Below are positions 37,077-47,117 of a stretch of DNA of 64,000 bases, in pieces. Origin of the DNA: an uncultured Verrucomicrobiae bacterium (lineage in GTDB: Bacteria; Verrucomicrobiota; Verrucomicrobiia; Limisphaerales; Palsa-1400); NCBI GenBank assembly GCA_963764165.1, contig CAVXRD010000004.1, forward strand, positions 352,001-416,000, given 5' to 3'. The first letter of the stretch is position 1. The number at the start of each line of letters is the position of its first letter. A program made the position numbers and the translations under genes. The notes under the pieces were generated by a model, which searched no databases, was not told the DNA's origin, and saw only the letters and a program-made list of their open reading frames with translations.

Positions 37077-39994
37077 GGTAATCCTCCGTAAAAGGGCGGC
37101 AAGTCATGCTCGGCAAGCGCGCGCTGGTAACCCGTTGCTTTGAGCGTCTGTTTGAGCAAGTCGCTCCGGTTGCCCGCGAAGATGAACAAGGGTGAATACG
37201 GCTGCGGGTCAGATGGTTGGGCAAAGGTTCCGCTGTCGCCATCCCGGCGGAACAGCACGGCCTCCCCCGCTCGATTCCAGCCGCAAAGCTCCACTGAACC
37301 CACCGGTGGCGAGCGAAAGACAGGTTTGCCGTCCGCATCGACATATCCTGCGTAGGAAAACCCCTTGACGCACGTGTCATGCACGAGCTGTTGCAAAAAG
37401 CGGGCTTGTTTCTCCATCGGTTTGGCTTTGGCTTTGTCGAAATAGTCCTGCAGCTTGGCTTCGATTTTTCTCTTCCGTTCCGCCACCAGCCAATCCCCGC
37501 TCTTGATATTCCCGGCCCCGAGGTCCGAAAGCGCCTGAATATGCGCGGCGGCAGCCGGACACCAGGGCAGGCCCCACTTTTCCGGACGCACTTGGGCGAT
37601 GGCCCACAGTCTGAATGTGGCATAGGCGCGAAACACGGCGCTGGCCTCGCTGTCACTGTTCAATTCATCGAGCAGTTGCAAAATGGGCTTTTGATAATTG
37701 TTCGAGTCGATCAAATTTCCGAAGCCCAGCCGCTCGTAGGTGTCGCTTTCCGCCGTGCGTTGCAGGGGGGACACATGGAAATCATAGGTAGAATAACTCC
37801 TGCTAACGAAGCGCAGGGCATGCGGATCCACCGCGGGGTCATAAACCGTCCCGGCAAAGTCGCCACCATTTTGCTGTTTGTCAATGGTGCCGCGCACATA
37901 AACATTGTGGGTCATATTGCGATTTCCAGGGTGTGGATCAGCCTCCAATTTGTACAAGTTGATATTGATGGCATTCGGGTCGTCGCGCAATTTGAAGTAG
38001 AAATCCTTTTCCGCATCGGTTGTGCCTTCCGGCATCAGGCTCATGTTCCAGTCGCTGGCATTGGTCAGGGTGCTCCAGTTTGTCGGATCATTTGGCAGAA
38101 GCAATTGGCCCAGGAGCGATTGCATCGAAATGTTAAACCCGCCGACCTTTGCGACTTCCGTCTTCACCGACTCACCAGCGAATGGGGAAAGCACGATCTG
38201 ATCGAGAGACTTCAAATAGTCTTCGAGCGTGGAAGCGCCCGGCAGGGCGGCTTTGGCCTCCTCCCATTTGGAGGCCGTGTTGGTCCATTTCTGGACTTCC
38301 GCCTTGATGCGCGACAGCCTTCCCGCCACCGCACCCGGAAGTTCCGGCGGCTGGGCCAGCAACGGGGCCGCCGCGGCCAGGGTGGTTTTTATTTCCTTGA
38401 ATGAGTCCAGCACGCGTTCAGGGCCGTCGGCTGGCTTCACACCCGCGACGATCTCCTCCCCGCGCGACAGCGACTCCTCCAGCTTATTGCTGCGGTATGT
38501 TTGCCATTGCGCATCGAACCCGCTCAATGCGCTGGCAGCTTGCGTTCGAAATTGCGGGGCCAATTGCGGCGCCTGCGATTCACATTCCGCCCGCACAGGA
38601 CCGACTTTCTCGACACCGCTGGCGAATCCTCCGCTGGCGATGCGCTGGAGCTCGGACATCCTGGCTTCGAATGCCTGCTTGATGCCCTCTTCCTTCGCAA
38701 TAAAATCGTGAGCTTTTGCAAACGTCTCCTCCATTCCTGGAGCGACACCGGCGCGAGTCACCTCATTCGTCAATGCCACCACGCTGGAAACATCCCGGGC
38801 GGATTGGAGCTTCGAAAATTGGCTGGCAAACGCCATCTGCCGGACTTTATTCGAAACGTGAGGCGCGGCCGCGGCAATGCAAGCGAGGACGACAACCGCA
38901 GCCGCCGCCCAAGCCACCCGCTTTCGGCGGATGGAGAGTCGAATTTGCAACTGGAGCCACGCGCGTGAATTGTCGCACGCCGACACCAACTCATCCGGCA
39001 GGGGTTTCTTGAATCGCTCCGCTGCCGACTGCTTTTCGGCGAGCGATTGCAAGGCGGCGCCAGCCTCGATCTCAGGCATGGACCCGCGCTTGGAACGGCG
39101 GGTGGCCAGGATGGAAACTTCGTGCTCAAGCGCGCCGACGGCCCGGTTGAAATCTTGCTGGGCGACATAGGCCGCCCGCTGTTGGGCTGACCAATCCTCC
39201 ATGGCCGACCAGCTATCCGCATCGGCTTCCGGCAATCGAAGATTGTAGCGGGTGGCCACCGCATGGACGTCCTCCACGGCAGTTTCCGTTTCGATCCACA
39301 ATTCCTGCCGGCGCAATTCCTCGGCCCGGCGGATCATTTGTTGACAGCGCGCGATCTGCGCCTGCTGCCAGGCGGGATGTGAAACCGGCACCGGCAGGCC
39401 GGACGCTTCCAACTGGTCGAGGGCGGCCTGTGTCCCGGCGGCATCGCCGGAGGCCGCCACAGCGCGCAAACTTTCCAGTTTTGAGCGCAATAATTTATCC
39501 TCCAGGCGCTTCAATTCCTCCTTCGTGTTCGTATCCGAGGGATTCAGCTTGGCGATGACGCGCAAAATGGAAAACGCGCGCGTGTCATTGTTCTCCATGA
39601 TCGCGCGGCGGTAATCCTTGTAGAACTGATGGTCGCTGTTGATGCCTTTGGCATAGGTTTCGTTGAGAAGGCGGATGTATTTGTCGTAAAACGGCTCGCT
39701 CGATGGCAGGTGATGCTGCTGGCAGAACGCCCGCCATTCAGCGGACTGGCGAAAGCTCAGCAGGGTGATGATCTCGAGGAGCGGCGGCGCAGTTTCAGCC
39801 AGTTGAAGCGCCTGGAGAAACTGGCCCGCCTCGATCATCAGCGCGCATTGCTCAAGCCGCCGGCCCGCCGCGCGGCAGAGTTCGGCGTAATCCTGGGCGA
39901 GCTTCGCGGTGTGGGCGTCCGAGGCCGGATGACTGACGGCATCGGTGATCCGCCGCACCAATCTTTCGGTTTGAGTCAATGTCATCATTGTCAA
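37073..39994 (-). CDS. Large bitopic protein: helical cytoplasmic N-terminus, TM, ~600-aa C-terminus
   Basis: 973-aa ORF within the operon; TM VAWAAAAVVVLACIAAAA. No family recognised. Confidence 0.8.
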   Translation of the reverse strand: MTMMTLTQTERLVRRITDAVSHPASDAHTAKLAQDYAELCRAAGRRLEQCALMIEAGQFLQALQLAETAPPLLEIITLLSFRQSAEWRAFCQQHHLPSSEPFYDKYIRLLNETYAKGINSDHQFYKDYRRAIMENNDTRAFSILRVIAKLNPSDTNTKEELKRLEDKLLRSKLESLRAVAASGDAAGTQAALDQLEASGLPVPVSHPAWQQAQIARCQQMIRRAEELRRQELWIETETAVEDVHAVATRYNLRLPEADADSWSAMEDWSAQQRAAYVAQQDFNRAVGALEHEVSILATRRSKRGSMPEIEAGAALQSLAEKQSAAERFKKPLPDELVSACDNSRAWLQLQIRLSIRRKRVAWAAAAVVVLACIAAAAPHVSNKVRQMAFASQFSKLQSARDVSSVVALTNEVTRAGVAPGMEETFAKAHDFIAKEEGIKQAFEARMSELQRIASGGFASGVEKVGPVRAECESQAPQLAPQFRTQAASALSGFDAQWQTYRSNKLEESLSRGEEIVAGVKPADGPERVLDSFKEIKTTLAAAAPLLAQPPELPGAVAGRLSRIKAEVQKWTNTASKWEEAKAALPGASTLEDYLKSLDQIVLSPFAGESVKTEVAKVGGFNISMQSLLGQLLLPNDPTNWSTLTNASDWNMSLMPEGTTDAEKDFYFKLRDDPNAININLYKLEADPHPGNRNMTHNVYVRGTIDKQQNGGDFAGTVYDPAVDPHALRFVSRSYSTYDFHVSPLQRTAESDTYERLGFGNLIDSNNYQKPILQLLDELNSDSEASAVFRAYATFRLWAIAQVRPEKWGLPWCPAAAAHIQALSDLGAGNIKSGDWLVAERKRKIEAKLQDYFDKAKAKPMEKQARFLQQLVHDTCVKGFSYAGYVDADGKPVFRSPPVGSVELCGWNRAGEAVLFRRDGDSGTFAQPSDPQPYSPLFIFAGNRSDLLKQTLKATGYQRALAEHDLPPFYGGLP

Positions 39995-40003
39995 CTATGG
40001 CCG

Positions 40004-42319
40004 CTAAGGCCCTTCGAATCGAATCATTTCCAGTCCAGGTTTCGGCTGGCGCGGGTCCACGATTCCGAGCGCGATGTACGAGACTTTGTCCAACTGAGCC
40101 AGCCGTCTTTTCACATCGTCCATTCGCGCCCGCAACCCACCCGCGTCGGCCACGATTTGCCAGGCCGCCTCAAGATAATTCGTCGCGGCTAAGCTTTGCG
40201 AGCGGCGCTCGCTCCAGGCGCCATAAATTTTCTGAAGGTTGGACACAACCTCGTCCGGCTGGCTGGCATCAAAATCGGCGCGCATTTTTTTGAGCCACGC
40301 CCTGTCCGGGGGAGCGGCGGCTTTGATGGCGCTTAGGTAATTCGAGTAGAGGGCAACCGTGACCTCGTTTGAGGCATACGCAAAATAACTCGCCAGATTT
40401 CCGTTCGTCTCGTTCAAAAGCTTGCCCAGCGGCATGCCAAGCGGCTGGCACTGCTGATCAAACCGCCCCTGCAAACTGTCCACTTGTCTGCGAAGGTTTT
40501 CGCGCACACTGGCGTAATCGAGTTCGTGGCCGAAGGCCGGGACGTCATCCGGAGGCCAGTCTTTGTAAAGATATTGCGAATTCGTCCCTGCCGCCGGCAC
40601 ATAGGGATGCAATTGCCATTGGCGTCCGCCCATGAGATGGAAGTTCCTCTCCACGCTGGCGCGGACAGAATCCTGCAACCCGGCATTGTGATTGTCCTTG
40701 TCGATTCGGATGTAGCGGGCGGGAAGACGAACCGGCATGGGTGGATTATTTTCGCTGATGATGACAAGCCGGAACGGGTCGCAATTTGTTTCCGCCGGCT
40801 TAAATTGGAAATGAAGGAAATAAGAGCCCACGATCCCCGCTGCCTCAATCTTCAAGGGACCCGGTGGCGATGCAATGTAAGCATCAAACCCCAAAGTGCA
40901 TGAGAAACCCGAGCCGGCCGCTCTAAAGCTATCGGCCTTGTAGCCCTGAACTGTCATCGGCTCGCCCTGAACGTTGATCCATTGATCGCTCGCCGCTTCA
41001 AGCATGATGTTTCCCGGGGATGTGTCCAAGTACTTGTAACGATTGAGCAAGCGCAACAAAGGCTTAATCGAGTTGGTCACCGAAACGTTGGAGGCATCCT
41101 TCGCCACAATGATGAATGTTGGACCGCCAGCAACAAACTGATCCAACGCGCTGTCATCCTGAACAACGGGTTCCGGCGGCGTGGGATTCTCGGTCTTAAT
41201 ATGAGGCTGATCGGGCGCGGCTGCGACGGGTTCGGCAACCGGTGGTTCGACAGTCGCGTGAGATGAGCGGCGTTTCACCCAGAACAAAACAGCCAGGACA
41301 ATGATCACTATTCCCACCGATAAAATAGTCGCCCGGCTGATGCTCACCTGCAAACCTTCGCGCTTCGGAGGCGGCGGGCCGGGGCGGGGCAGCGTCAATT
41401 GCGGCGCATAATTGCCGGTGCTTTCTTGCTTGGGCAGCAAGCTGAGCGGTTTGCCTGCATCCGCCGCTTTCACTTCGGCTGCCGCCGCCTTTGGCGGAGC
41501 GGAAGGCAACGCCTGCGCTTTCGCGTCTTCGCGGGCCAATTTCACCAGGGAATTAGGCGGCACGCGAATCGATCTTAACGCGATGAGCTGGGCGGATTTC
41601 GCCATCGCCTGTTTGTGGGCCGGTGCATTCTCCTGGCAGGCGCGCCATTCAAAATCGTTCGGATTGTCCTCCGCCTGGAGGAAATTGGTGAACGTATGCC
41701 GCCACGGCCGCAACGGGGTCTGCCCATTGGAGTTGAGCAGTTGGAGCGTCTCACAATACATCGCCAGCACAAGCTCCTGGCTGTCGGGCGGGCAGCTCAA
41801 GTACGTCCCATGCAGCTCCAGCAATCCAGCCGCCCGGCCGCCGTCGCCAGTGACTTGCGTCCAGGTGCGCGCGGGCAGGCAATTCTTCGCGGCGGCGGCA
41901 AAACCCGAGGTGTCAATGCTGTCAAGCAATCGAGGCTCTCCCTGCCACGATGAAAGCCAGCCCGGCCAAAACCGCAAAATGGCGGCGGGCGAAGGCAGCC
42001 CGGATACTTCGTCGGGCTGGAAAATCAGATGGTGCGCAAGATGGTTTGTGCGGGCCGTGAAATCGAGTCCGCACGGCTGGATGCGCGTCAACACATAATA
42101 TTTGGCCCCGCGAAAATCGAGCAGCCGAAACGCGGAGACGGTCGGATTCCGATTCGCCGTCGCCGCCTCGGCCACCCGGATATAGTGGTAGGAACTCATC
42201 TGCTCCAGCCGCTGGGCGACAGCTTCGCGCAGGTCAGCGCTCCGGGCGACGGTGCAGAATCCTGTATGCCCGGAAAGCAGGCCGCGCGGCGCACTGGTAT
42301 AGATCAGTTGCCAGGGCAT
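40004..42319 (-). CDS. GAP1-N2-like (GTPase-associated protein) domain + TM + large C-terminal domain
   Basis: N-terminus QLIYTSAPRGL..G..GFCTVARS and DFTARTNHLAHHLI resemble GAP1-N2; TM ILSVGIVIIVLAVLFWV. Confidence 0.72.
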   Translation of the reverse strand: MPWQLIYTSAPRGLLSGHTGFCTVARSADLREAVAQRLEQMSSYHYIRVAEAATANRNPTVSAFRLLDFRGAKYYVLTRIQPCGLDFTARTNHLAHHLIFQPDEVSGLPSPAAILRFWPGWLSSWQGEPRLLDSIDTSGFAAAAKNCLPARTWTQVTGDGGRAAGLLELHGTYLSCPPDSQELVLAMYCETLQLLNSNGQTPLRPWRHTFTNFLQAEDNPNDFEWRACQENAPAHKQAMAKSAQLIALRSIRVPPNSLVKLAREDAKAQALPSAPPKAAAAEVKAADAGKPLSLLPKQESTGNYAPQLTLPRPGPPPPKREGLQVSISRATILSVGIVIIVLAVLFWVKRRSSHATVEPPVAEPVAAAPDQPHIKTENPTPPEPVVQDDSALDQFVAGGPTFIIVAKDASNVSVTNSIKPLLRLLNRYKYLDTSPGNIMLEAASDQWINVQGEPMTVQGYKADSFRAAGSGFSCTLGFDAYIASPPGPLKIEAAGIVGSYFLHFQFKPAETNCDPFRLVIISENNPPMPVRLPARYIRIDKDNHNAGLQDSVRASVERNFHLMGGRQWQLHPYVPAAGTNSQYLYKDWPPDDVPAFGHELDYASVRENLRRQVDSLQGRFDQQCQPLGMPLGKLLNETNGNLASYFAYASNEVTVALYSNYLSAIKAAAPPDRAWLKKMRADFDASQPDEVVSNLQKIYGAWSERRSQSLAATNYLEAAWQIVADAGGLRARMDDVKRRLAQLDKVSYIALGIVDPRQPKPGLEMIRFEGP

Positions 42320-42326
42320 GGTTTGT

Positions 42327-44081
42327 CTACTGGCTGGGCACCAGGCCCGGTTCGATGCACGAAAGCAGCCACAAAATCGGCGTCTCGACCTGGAACGGCT
42401 TCAATTGCTTCGGGTCGGGAACAAAATCACCCGGACCCAATCTCACCGGCGAATGCCCAAACGAACTCGCCGGGAAAAACATCACCCGCGAACTGATCGA
42501 TTCCGCGTTAGCCACGATTTGCGGCGCGATGCGTTTCATCAGGCCGCGCACGTGGTCGGAATTGGATTTGACCGCGCTCAAATCCAAGGCACCGCCCGCG
42601 ATGGGCTCGTGCAACGGAGTGCCCTCAAGCAAATGTATCCACGAATCGCATTTCCCAATGACGACAGCCAGGGGAGTATGGATTTGATCCAGCAACTCAA
42701 GCTTCAACAGTTTGGAAATGCGCACTTTCATCTCCGAGAGAATCACTCCCTGCAAATCGAGGGCGGGTTTTTCCAGTTGCGGATCGTCGCGGTCAGAAAT
42801 CATGTGCCGGAAATCCGGGTTGTTGAACGGGTCGAATAGAAACAAAATCCCCGCCGAACTCGCGACATGCTGGGCGCCGGGGGACTCCACGGAATCGCGC
42901 CCCGGTTGAAAATGCTCGCCGGCGTTGTCGTAAAAAATAACCGAGCAGCGGGCTGACGGCTGGCTCGGCGAGGCGGCGGAGTAAACAAACGGTTTCGGCA
43001 GCTTGACCATTCGTCCGTAACGGGGCAGGCTCACATACATGCCGCCTTCCAGTTGTGTCTTGGCCAATCGCGCCTTCTCGGGGCTTTCGGCGCCGAAAAG
43101 CGTTTGCTTCATTTCCGTCAGCAGGGCATTGCCCGCTGGATCGGCGTCTTGAAAAACGATGTTGAAATTCTCGTACAGCTTGGTGGGCAGCATCTTCATC
43201 AGCACGCTCAAATAATAGGATTTCCCCGCGCTCTGATCACCCACGATGGAAATAATATGATGCGGCATCTCGGTGAAGCCCGGGGGCAGCACGCGGCGGC
43301 AGTGCGGACACGCTATCTCTGTGCAAGGCAGCCCAAAGGCGTCCAGCGCCTGGCCGAGATCGTTGAAACGGGTGGCCAGAAAACGCTGCGGCGCATCCTC
43401 TCCCAAAACGGGGTCGCCGCGCAGAGAATCGTGGGCGGCCAGATGCATAAGGTCGCCAAGGTCAAATTTCAACCAGCACACCGGACACGTCAGCACCCGC
43501 GGTTCGGCTTCGGTGAGGTCGGAAAGCGCTTCCATGGCCGGCTCGGCCCGTGCGAGAGCTGCCAGCGATGCCTCGACATCAAGCGCATCCTCCAACAAAA
43601 ATCCCTGGGTAACTCCGGCTGGCTGCACAAGAGATTGAGGATGGCGTCCGTTTTCGCGGGCAGCCTTTATCAACTCGCCAAAGCTAGCCGGGCCGTCGAC
43701 TTGATTGGTAAGGCCGTCGCGCAATGTCCATTGCGCGCAATCGATTCCCTGAATCCAGTCCTCGGGATTCCGTCCGCCTCGAAGCAGGACAAAATGAGCG
43801 CCGATTTTTACCGCCAGTTCGCCCTCCGAACCGAGTGGTTGGATATCCACCGGGCTGCCATTGACGGTCAGGACTCCATTGGGATCGTGCTTGATGAGGC
43901 AAAGTCCCTGCCCTTTGATTTGATTGATGGCGCAGTGGCGCTCGGCGACTCCCTGGGAAGCAAGCCGAAGATCCGCTCCATGGCCGGAGCCAATTTCAAA
44001 AGGAAGATGTTCTACAATAAACGATTCGCCCGTCAGGCAATCCACCGCGGCCCATTGACTCTTGCGCAACAGATCAAACAA
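42327..44081 (-). CDS. FHA-like + GYF-like + Zn-ribbon + TRAFAC (double-GTPase-like) GTPase
   Basis: G1 GDQSAGKS (43218-43241); G3 DNAGE; G4 GKCD; G5-like SSFG; CPVC..CPHC; FEIGSG..DLRL..QGVAERHCAI. Confidence 0.8.
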   Translation of the reverse strand: MFDLLRKSQWAAVDCLTGESFIVEHLPFEIGSGHGADLRLASQGVAERHCAINQIKGQGLCLIKHDPNGVLTVNGSPVDIQPLGSEGELAVKIGAHFVLLRGGRNPEDWIQGIDCAQWTLRDGLTNQVDGPASFGELIKAARENGRHPQSLVQPAGVTQGFLLEDALDVEASLAALARAEPAMEALSDLTEAEPRVLTCPVCWLKFDLGDLMHLAAHDSLRGDPVLGEDAPQRFLATRFNDLGQALDAFGLPCTEIACPHCRRVLPPGFTEMPHHIISIVGDQSAGKSYYLSVLMKMLPTKLYENFNIVFQDADPAGNALLTEMKQTLFGAESPEKARLAKTQLEGGMYVSLPRYGRMVKLPKPFVYSAASPSQPSARCSVIFYDNAGEHFQPGRDSVESPGAQHVASSAGILFLFDPFNNPDFRHMISDRDDPQLEKPALDLQGVILSEMKVRISKLLKLELLDQIHTPLAVVIGKCDSWIHLLEGTPLHEPIAGGALDLSAVKSNSDHVRGLMKRIAPQIVANAESISSRVMFFPASSFGHSPVRLGPGDFVPDPKQLKPFQVETPILWLLSCIEPGLVPSQ

Positions 44082-44179
44082 ACAATCCTCCTTTGTAATG
44101 ATTCACCCGGCCCGACATTATTTTGGTTGGTTTTAGTGGTTCAGAACAACTTCCACAGGATTCGGAGAGCTGCGCCCAT

Positions 44180-45082
44180 TTACGCCAAGGCGTCATTAAT
44201 GCGTTTGACAGCCTCGTCGATCTCGGCGCGGTTTTTGAAGCCGATCACGACGGCGTCGATTTCGGGGCGCGACATGGCGAAGCGGATCGCCTTGTCGCGA
44301 TCTTCGGCGTTCACAAACGTTCCGTTGCCGATCATCTTCATCCCGATGACTCCCCTGCCCTTGGCTTTCATCGTTTTCAATTCCGCCAGAACGGGATCGA
44401 CCGGGCTTTTGGCCATGTTGAATCCCTGATTATCGCCATCCATGAAGGCACCCTGCGGGTTGACGCGAACAAGGTGAACTTCCGTCCAATCCGTTTTGGT
44501 CGCCCCGCGCAAAGCGGGCAAACTGTGGCAGGAGACGCCTTTGGCCCGAATCCACTTTTTCTCTTTCGCTTCGTCAAAGCCGTCCATGATGCGTTTCCAC
44601 GAATCCGTCCAGCCGTCCTGAATCATGCAATGGATCAAGAGGCTGTCAACGTAATCTGTGTCAAATGCTTTTCGATGACTGTCGATTTCGGCCAGAATGT
44701 TTTCGGGTTTGCCCCAGACCTTTGACTGGATGTAGAGCTTCTCGCGCGGCAAGCCTTTGATCGCCCCGCCGAGCCACGGGAAGGTTTTGTAATTGTGCGC
44801 GCAATCAAAATACGTGATGCCCTGATCGTAAGCGTAATGAATCAAGCTGTTGAATTGCTCCTGGCCAAGGCTGAATTGGACGTTTCCGCTATCGCTGCCC
44901 GTGCCCATGCCGAGGCGGCTCAGCTTGATGCCGGTTTTGCCGAGGGTGACTTGGTCGGCGGAAGTTCTTTTGCCGGAGGGCGTCGGCAGGCTTTGTCCCA
45001 GAAGTGAACCGGAAGCCAGCACGAGGCTGCCAGCGGCTGCGGTGCGTTCCAGAAATTGGCGGCGCGTGATTCGATTCTTCAT
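44180..45082 (-). CDS. Aldo/keto reductase, Tat signal
   Basis: TRRQFL; LGKTGIKLSRLGMG; GITYFDCAHNY; DYVDSLLIH; GVSCH. Confidence 0.88.
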   Translation of the reverse strand: MKNRITRRQFLERTAAAGSLVLASGSLLGQSLPTPSGKRTSADQVTLGKTGIKLSRLGMGTGSDSGNVQFSLGQEQFNSLIHYAYDQGITYFDCAHNYKTFPWLGGAIKGLPREKLYIQSKVWGKPENILAEIDSHRKAFDTDYVDSLLIHCMIQDGWTDSWKRIMDGFDEAKEKKWIRAKGVSCHSLPALRGATKTDWTEVHLVRVNPQGAFMDGDNQGFNMAKSPVDPVLAELKTMKAKGRGVIGMKMIGNGTFVNAEDRDKAIRFAMSRPEIDAVVIGFKNRAEIDEAVKRINDALA

Positions 45083-45257
45083 AAATCTCAGTTCTCGCAA
45101 CCGCGACATCTTCTGCCGCGGCAGTGGCGAAGCGAGATTAGCCGACACGCAGAATGTGTGCAAGACTTCGCTAGCAGGTCAATCTGAAGAGACAGGATCA
45201 TGGCAAAATTGCTGCCGCTTTCGGAGATTTGTCTGTTTCCCGTTCAAGAAGAAAAAT

Positions 45258-45300
45258 TTGAACACGAGGAAGACCGAGGGAGTGGAGACGGAAAAATCAT
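45258..45300 (+). repeat. Family C repeat arm
   Basis: TGAACACGAGGAAGACCGAGGGAGTGGAGACGGAAAAATCAT closely matches the arm at about 15818-15858. Confidence 0.6.
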
Positions 45301-45547
45301 TGTGGGGCAAAAGACCAGAAATGATGCCAAGGCTTGATTTTGAGGCGAACTTCGGCATCCTCCTTGTGACGGAGGGGAAGGACATCCCTAAAGGGACACC
45401 AGAGGCCGCAAGGCTGACCGCGCCCAGGGGCTTGGGCACCGTTCGCGTAATAGTCAGGCGCGAGCCTAGCCTCCGTCACTTCAAAAAATCATCTCCCCCG
45501 AATGCGGGATGTTGACGCGCCCGCGCTGCTCGTATCATACTGCTCAA

Positions 45548-46975
45548 ATGAAGAACACTCACTTGCAACGCACGAAAATTTCTCCTGTCAGCCATTCTGT
45601 CTCGCGCCGGCAATTTCTCCGCGCCGGGGCACTGGGGGCGGCGGCCCTTTCCTTTCCCTACGTCGGAAGAGTCCTCGGGGCCAACGACCAGATCAACGTC
45701 GCCTGCATCGGCGTCCACGGCAAAGGCGACAGCGATGTCAGCGACACCGCGCGTTGCGGGGGGAATATCGTGGCCCTTTGCGATGTCGATGCCAACAGCC
45801 TGGCAGACAAGGCGAAGCAATTCCCCAACGCCAAACGCTATAACGATTTCCGCAAAATGTTCGATGAGATGGAGAAGAACTTCGATGCGGTCACAGTTTC
45901 GATACCTGATCATTGCCATGGCCTGGCGACGATCATGGCGCTCAAGGCGAACAAACACGTCTACTGCCAGAAGCCATTGACGCAGACGATTTACGAGGCC
46001 CGCCAGGTGCGCGAGCTGGCGGCGAAGAAAAAACATCTGGCCACGCAGATGGGAAACCAGGGAAGCGCCAATGACGGGCTGCGCCGCGCGGTGGAAATTA
46101 TCCAATCGGGCCTCATTGGCAACGTGCATGAACTTCACGTCTGGACAAATCGCCCGATCTGGCCGCAAGGACTCAACCGTCCCGCGGGATCGGACCCGAT
46201 TCCTGATCATTTGAATTGGGACGCGTGGATTGGCCCAGCCCAAATGCGCCCGTTCAAAGCCGACACCTATCACGATTTCAAATGGCGCGGCTGGTATGAT
46301 TTCGGCACCGGCGCGCTGGGCGACATGGCCTGCCACCTTGTCAACATGCCGTTCCGTGCCTTGAAGATGGGTTATCCGACCGTCGTGGAATGCGAAGCGG
46401 CGTCCCAACTTTTCCCCGAGACATTCCCCAAGACCTCGCGCATCCGTTTTGAGTTCCCCGAGCGTGAGGGCCTCGTCCCGCTGAAATTCTGGTGGTATGA
46501 CGGCAATCCCGATGACAAGGATACGCCAGCGCTGCGCCCCTCCAAGGAAGTCGCGGCGGAATTGCTCGATATGTATGACAACAAACTTCCCAGCGGCGGC
46601 TTTCTCATCGTGGGCGACAAAGGAAAACTCTTTTCGCCGAACGATTACGCGGCCAATTCCATGCTCATGCTCGCGGGCGACAAAGGATTCGCCGCCACCG
46701 AAAAGCACGAAGCCGCCAACGCCGTTCCCAAAACTATTCCGCGCTCACCCGGCCACAACGAAGAATGGTTCCGCATGATGCGCACCGGCGAGCCGGCGTA
46801 TTCCAATTTCTCGATCGCCGCGAAATTGACCGAGATTATTCTTCTGGGCTGCGTTGCGCTGCGAGTGGGAGTTGGCAAAAATATGGCATGGCACGGCGAT
46901 GCAATGAAGTCGCCCAATTGCCCGGAGGCGAAACAATTCCTTCGCCGGCAAAACCGTGTCGGCTGGACGGTGTGA
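45548..46975 (+). CDS. Gfo/Idh/MocA oxidoreductase, Tat signal
   Basis: SRRQFL; CIGVHGKG; HVYCQKPL; TQMGNQ; GALGDMACH. Confidence 0.92.
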   Translation: MKNTHLQRTKISPVSHSVSRRQFLRAGALGAAALSFPYVGRVLGANDQINVACIGVHGKGDSDVSDTARCGGNIVALCDVDANSLADKAKQFPNAKRYNDFRKMFDEMEKNFDAVTVSIPDHCHGLATIMALKANKHVYCQKPLTQTIYEARQVRELAAKKKHLATQMGNQGSANDGLRRAVEIIQSGLIGNVHELHVWTNRPIWPQGLNRPAGSDPIPDHLNWDAWIGPAQMRPFKADTYHDFKWRGWYDFGTGALGDMACHLVNMPFRALKMGYPTVVECEAASQLFPETFPKTSRIRFEFPEREGLVPLKFWWYDGNPDDKDTPALRPSKEVAAELLDMYDNKLPSGGFLIVGDKGKLFSPNDYAANSMLMLAGDKGFAATEKHEAANAVPKTIPRSPGHNEEWFRMMRTGEPAYSNFSIAAKLTEIILLGCVALRVGVGKNMAWHGDAMKSPNCPEAKQFLRRQNRVGWTV

Positions 46976-47074
46976 AGGTAGCGCCTCGCCGAGGCGTCCG
47001 GGGATTCGCTTAGATACGGCGTATTGAAGAATTCAACCGTCGGCGCGGGTGCCTCGGCGAGGCGCCCGTACCTT
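46975..47074. repeat. REP-like family A, complete inverted pair
   Basis: AAGGTAGCGCCTCGCCGAGGCGTCCG ... CGGGTGCCTCGGCGAGGCGCCCGTACCTT. Confidence 0.75.
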
Positions 47075-47117
47075 TGCTTGTTGTCGTGAGAGGAATTTTG
47101 GTAACATCGAAAATCGG

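Noticed and set aside
43053..44429. 458-aa plus-strand ORF
   Set aside because: Antisense to the GTPase and aldo/keto reductase genes; typical high-GC shadow ORF.
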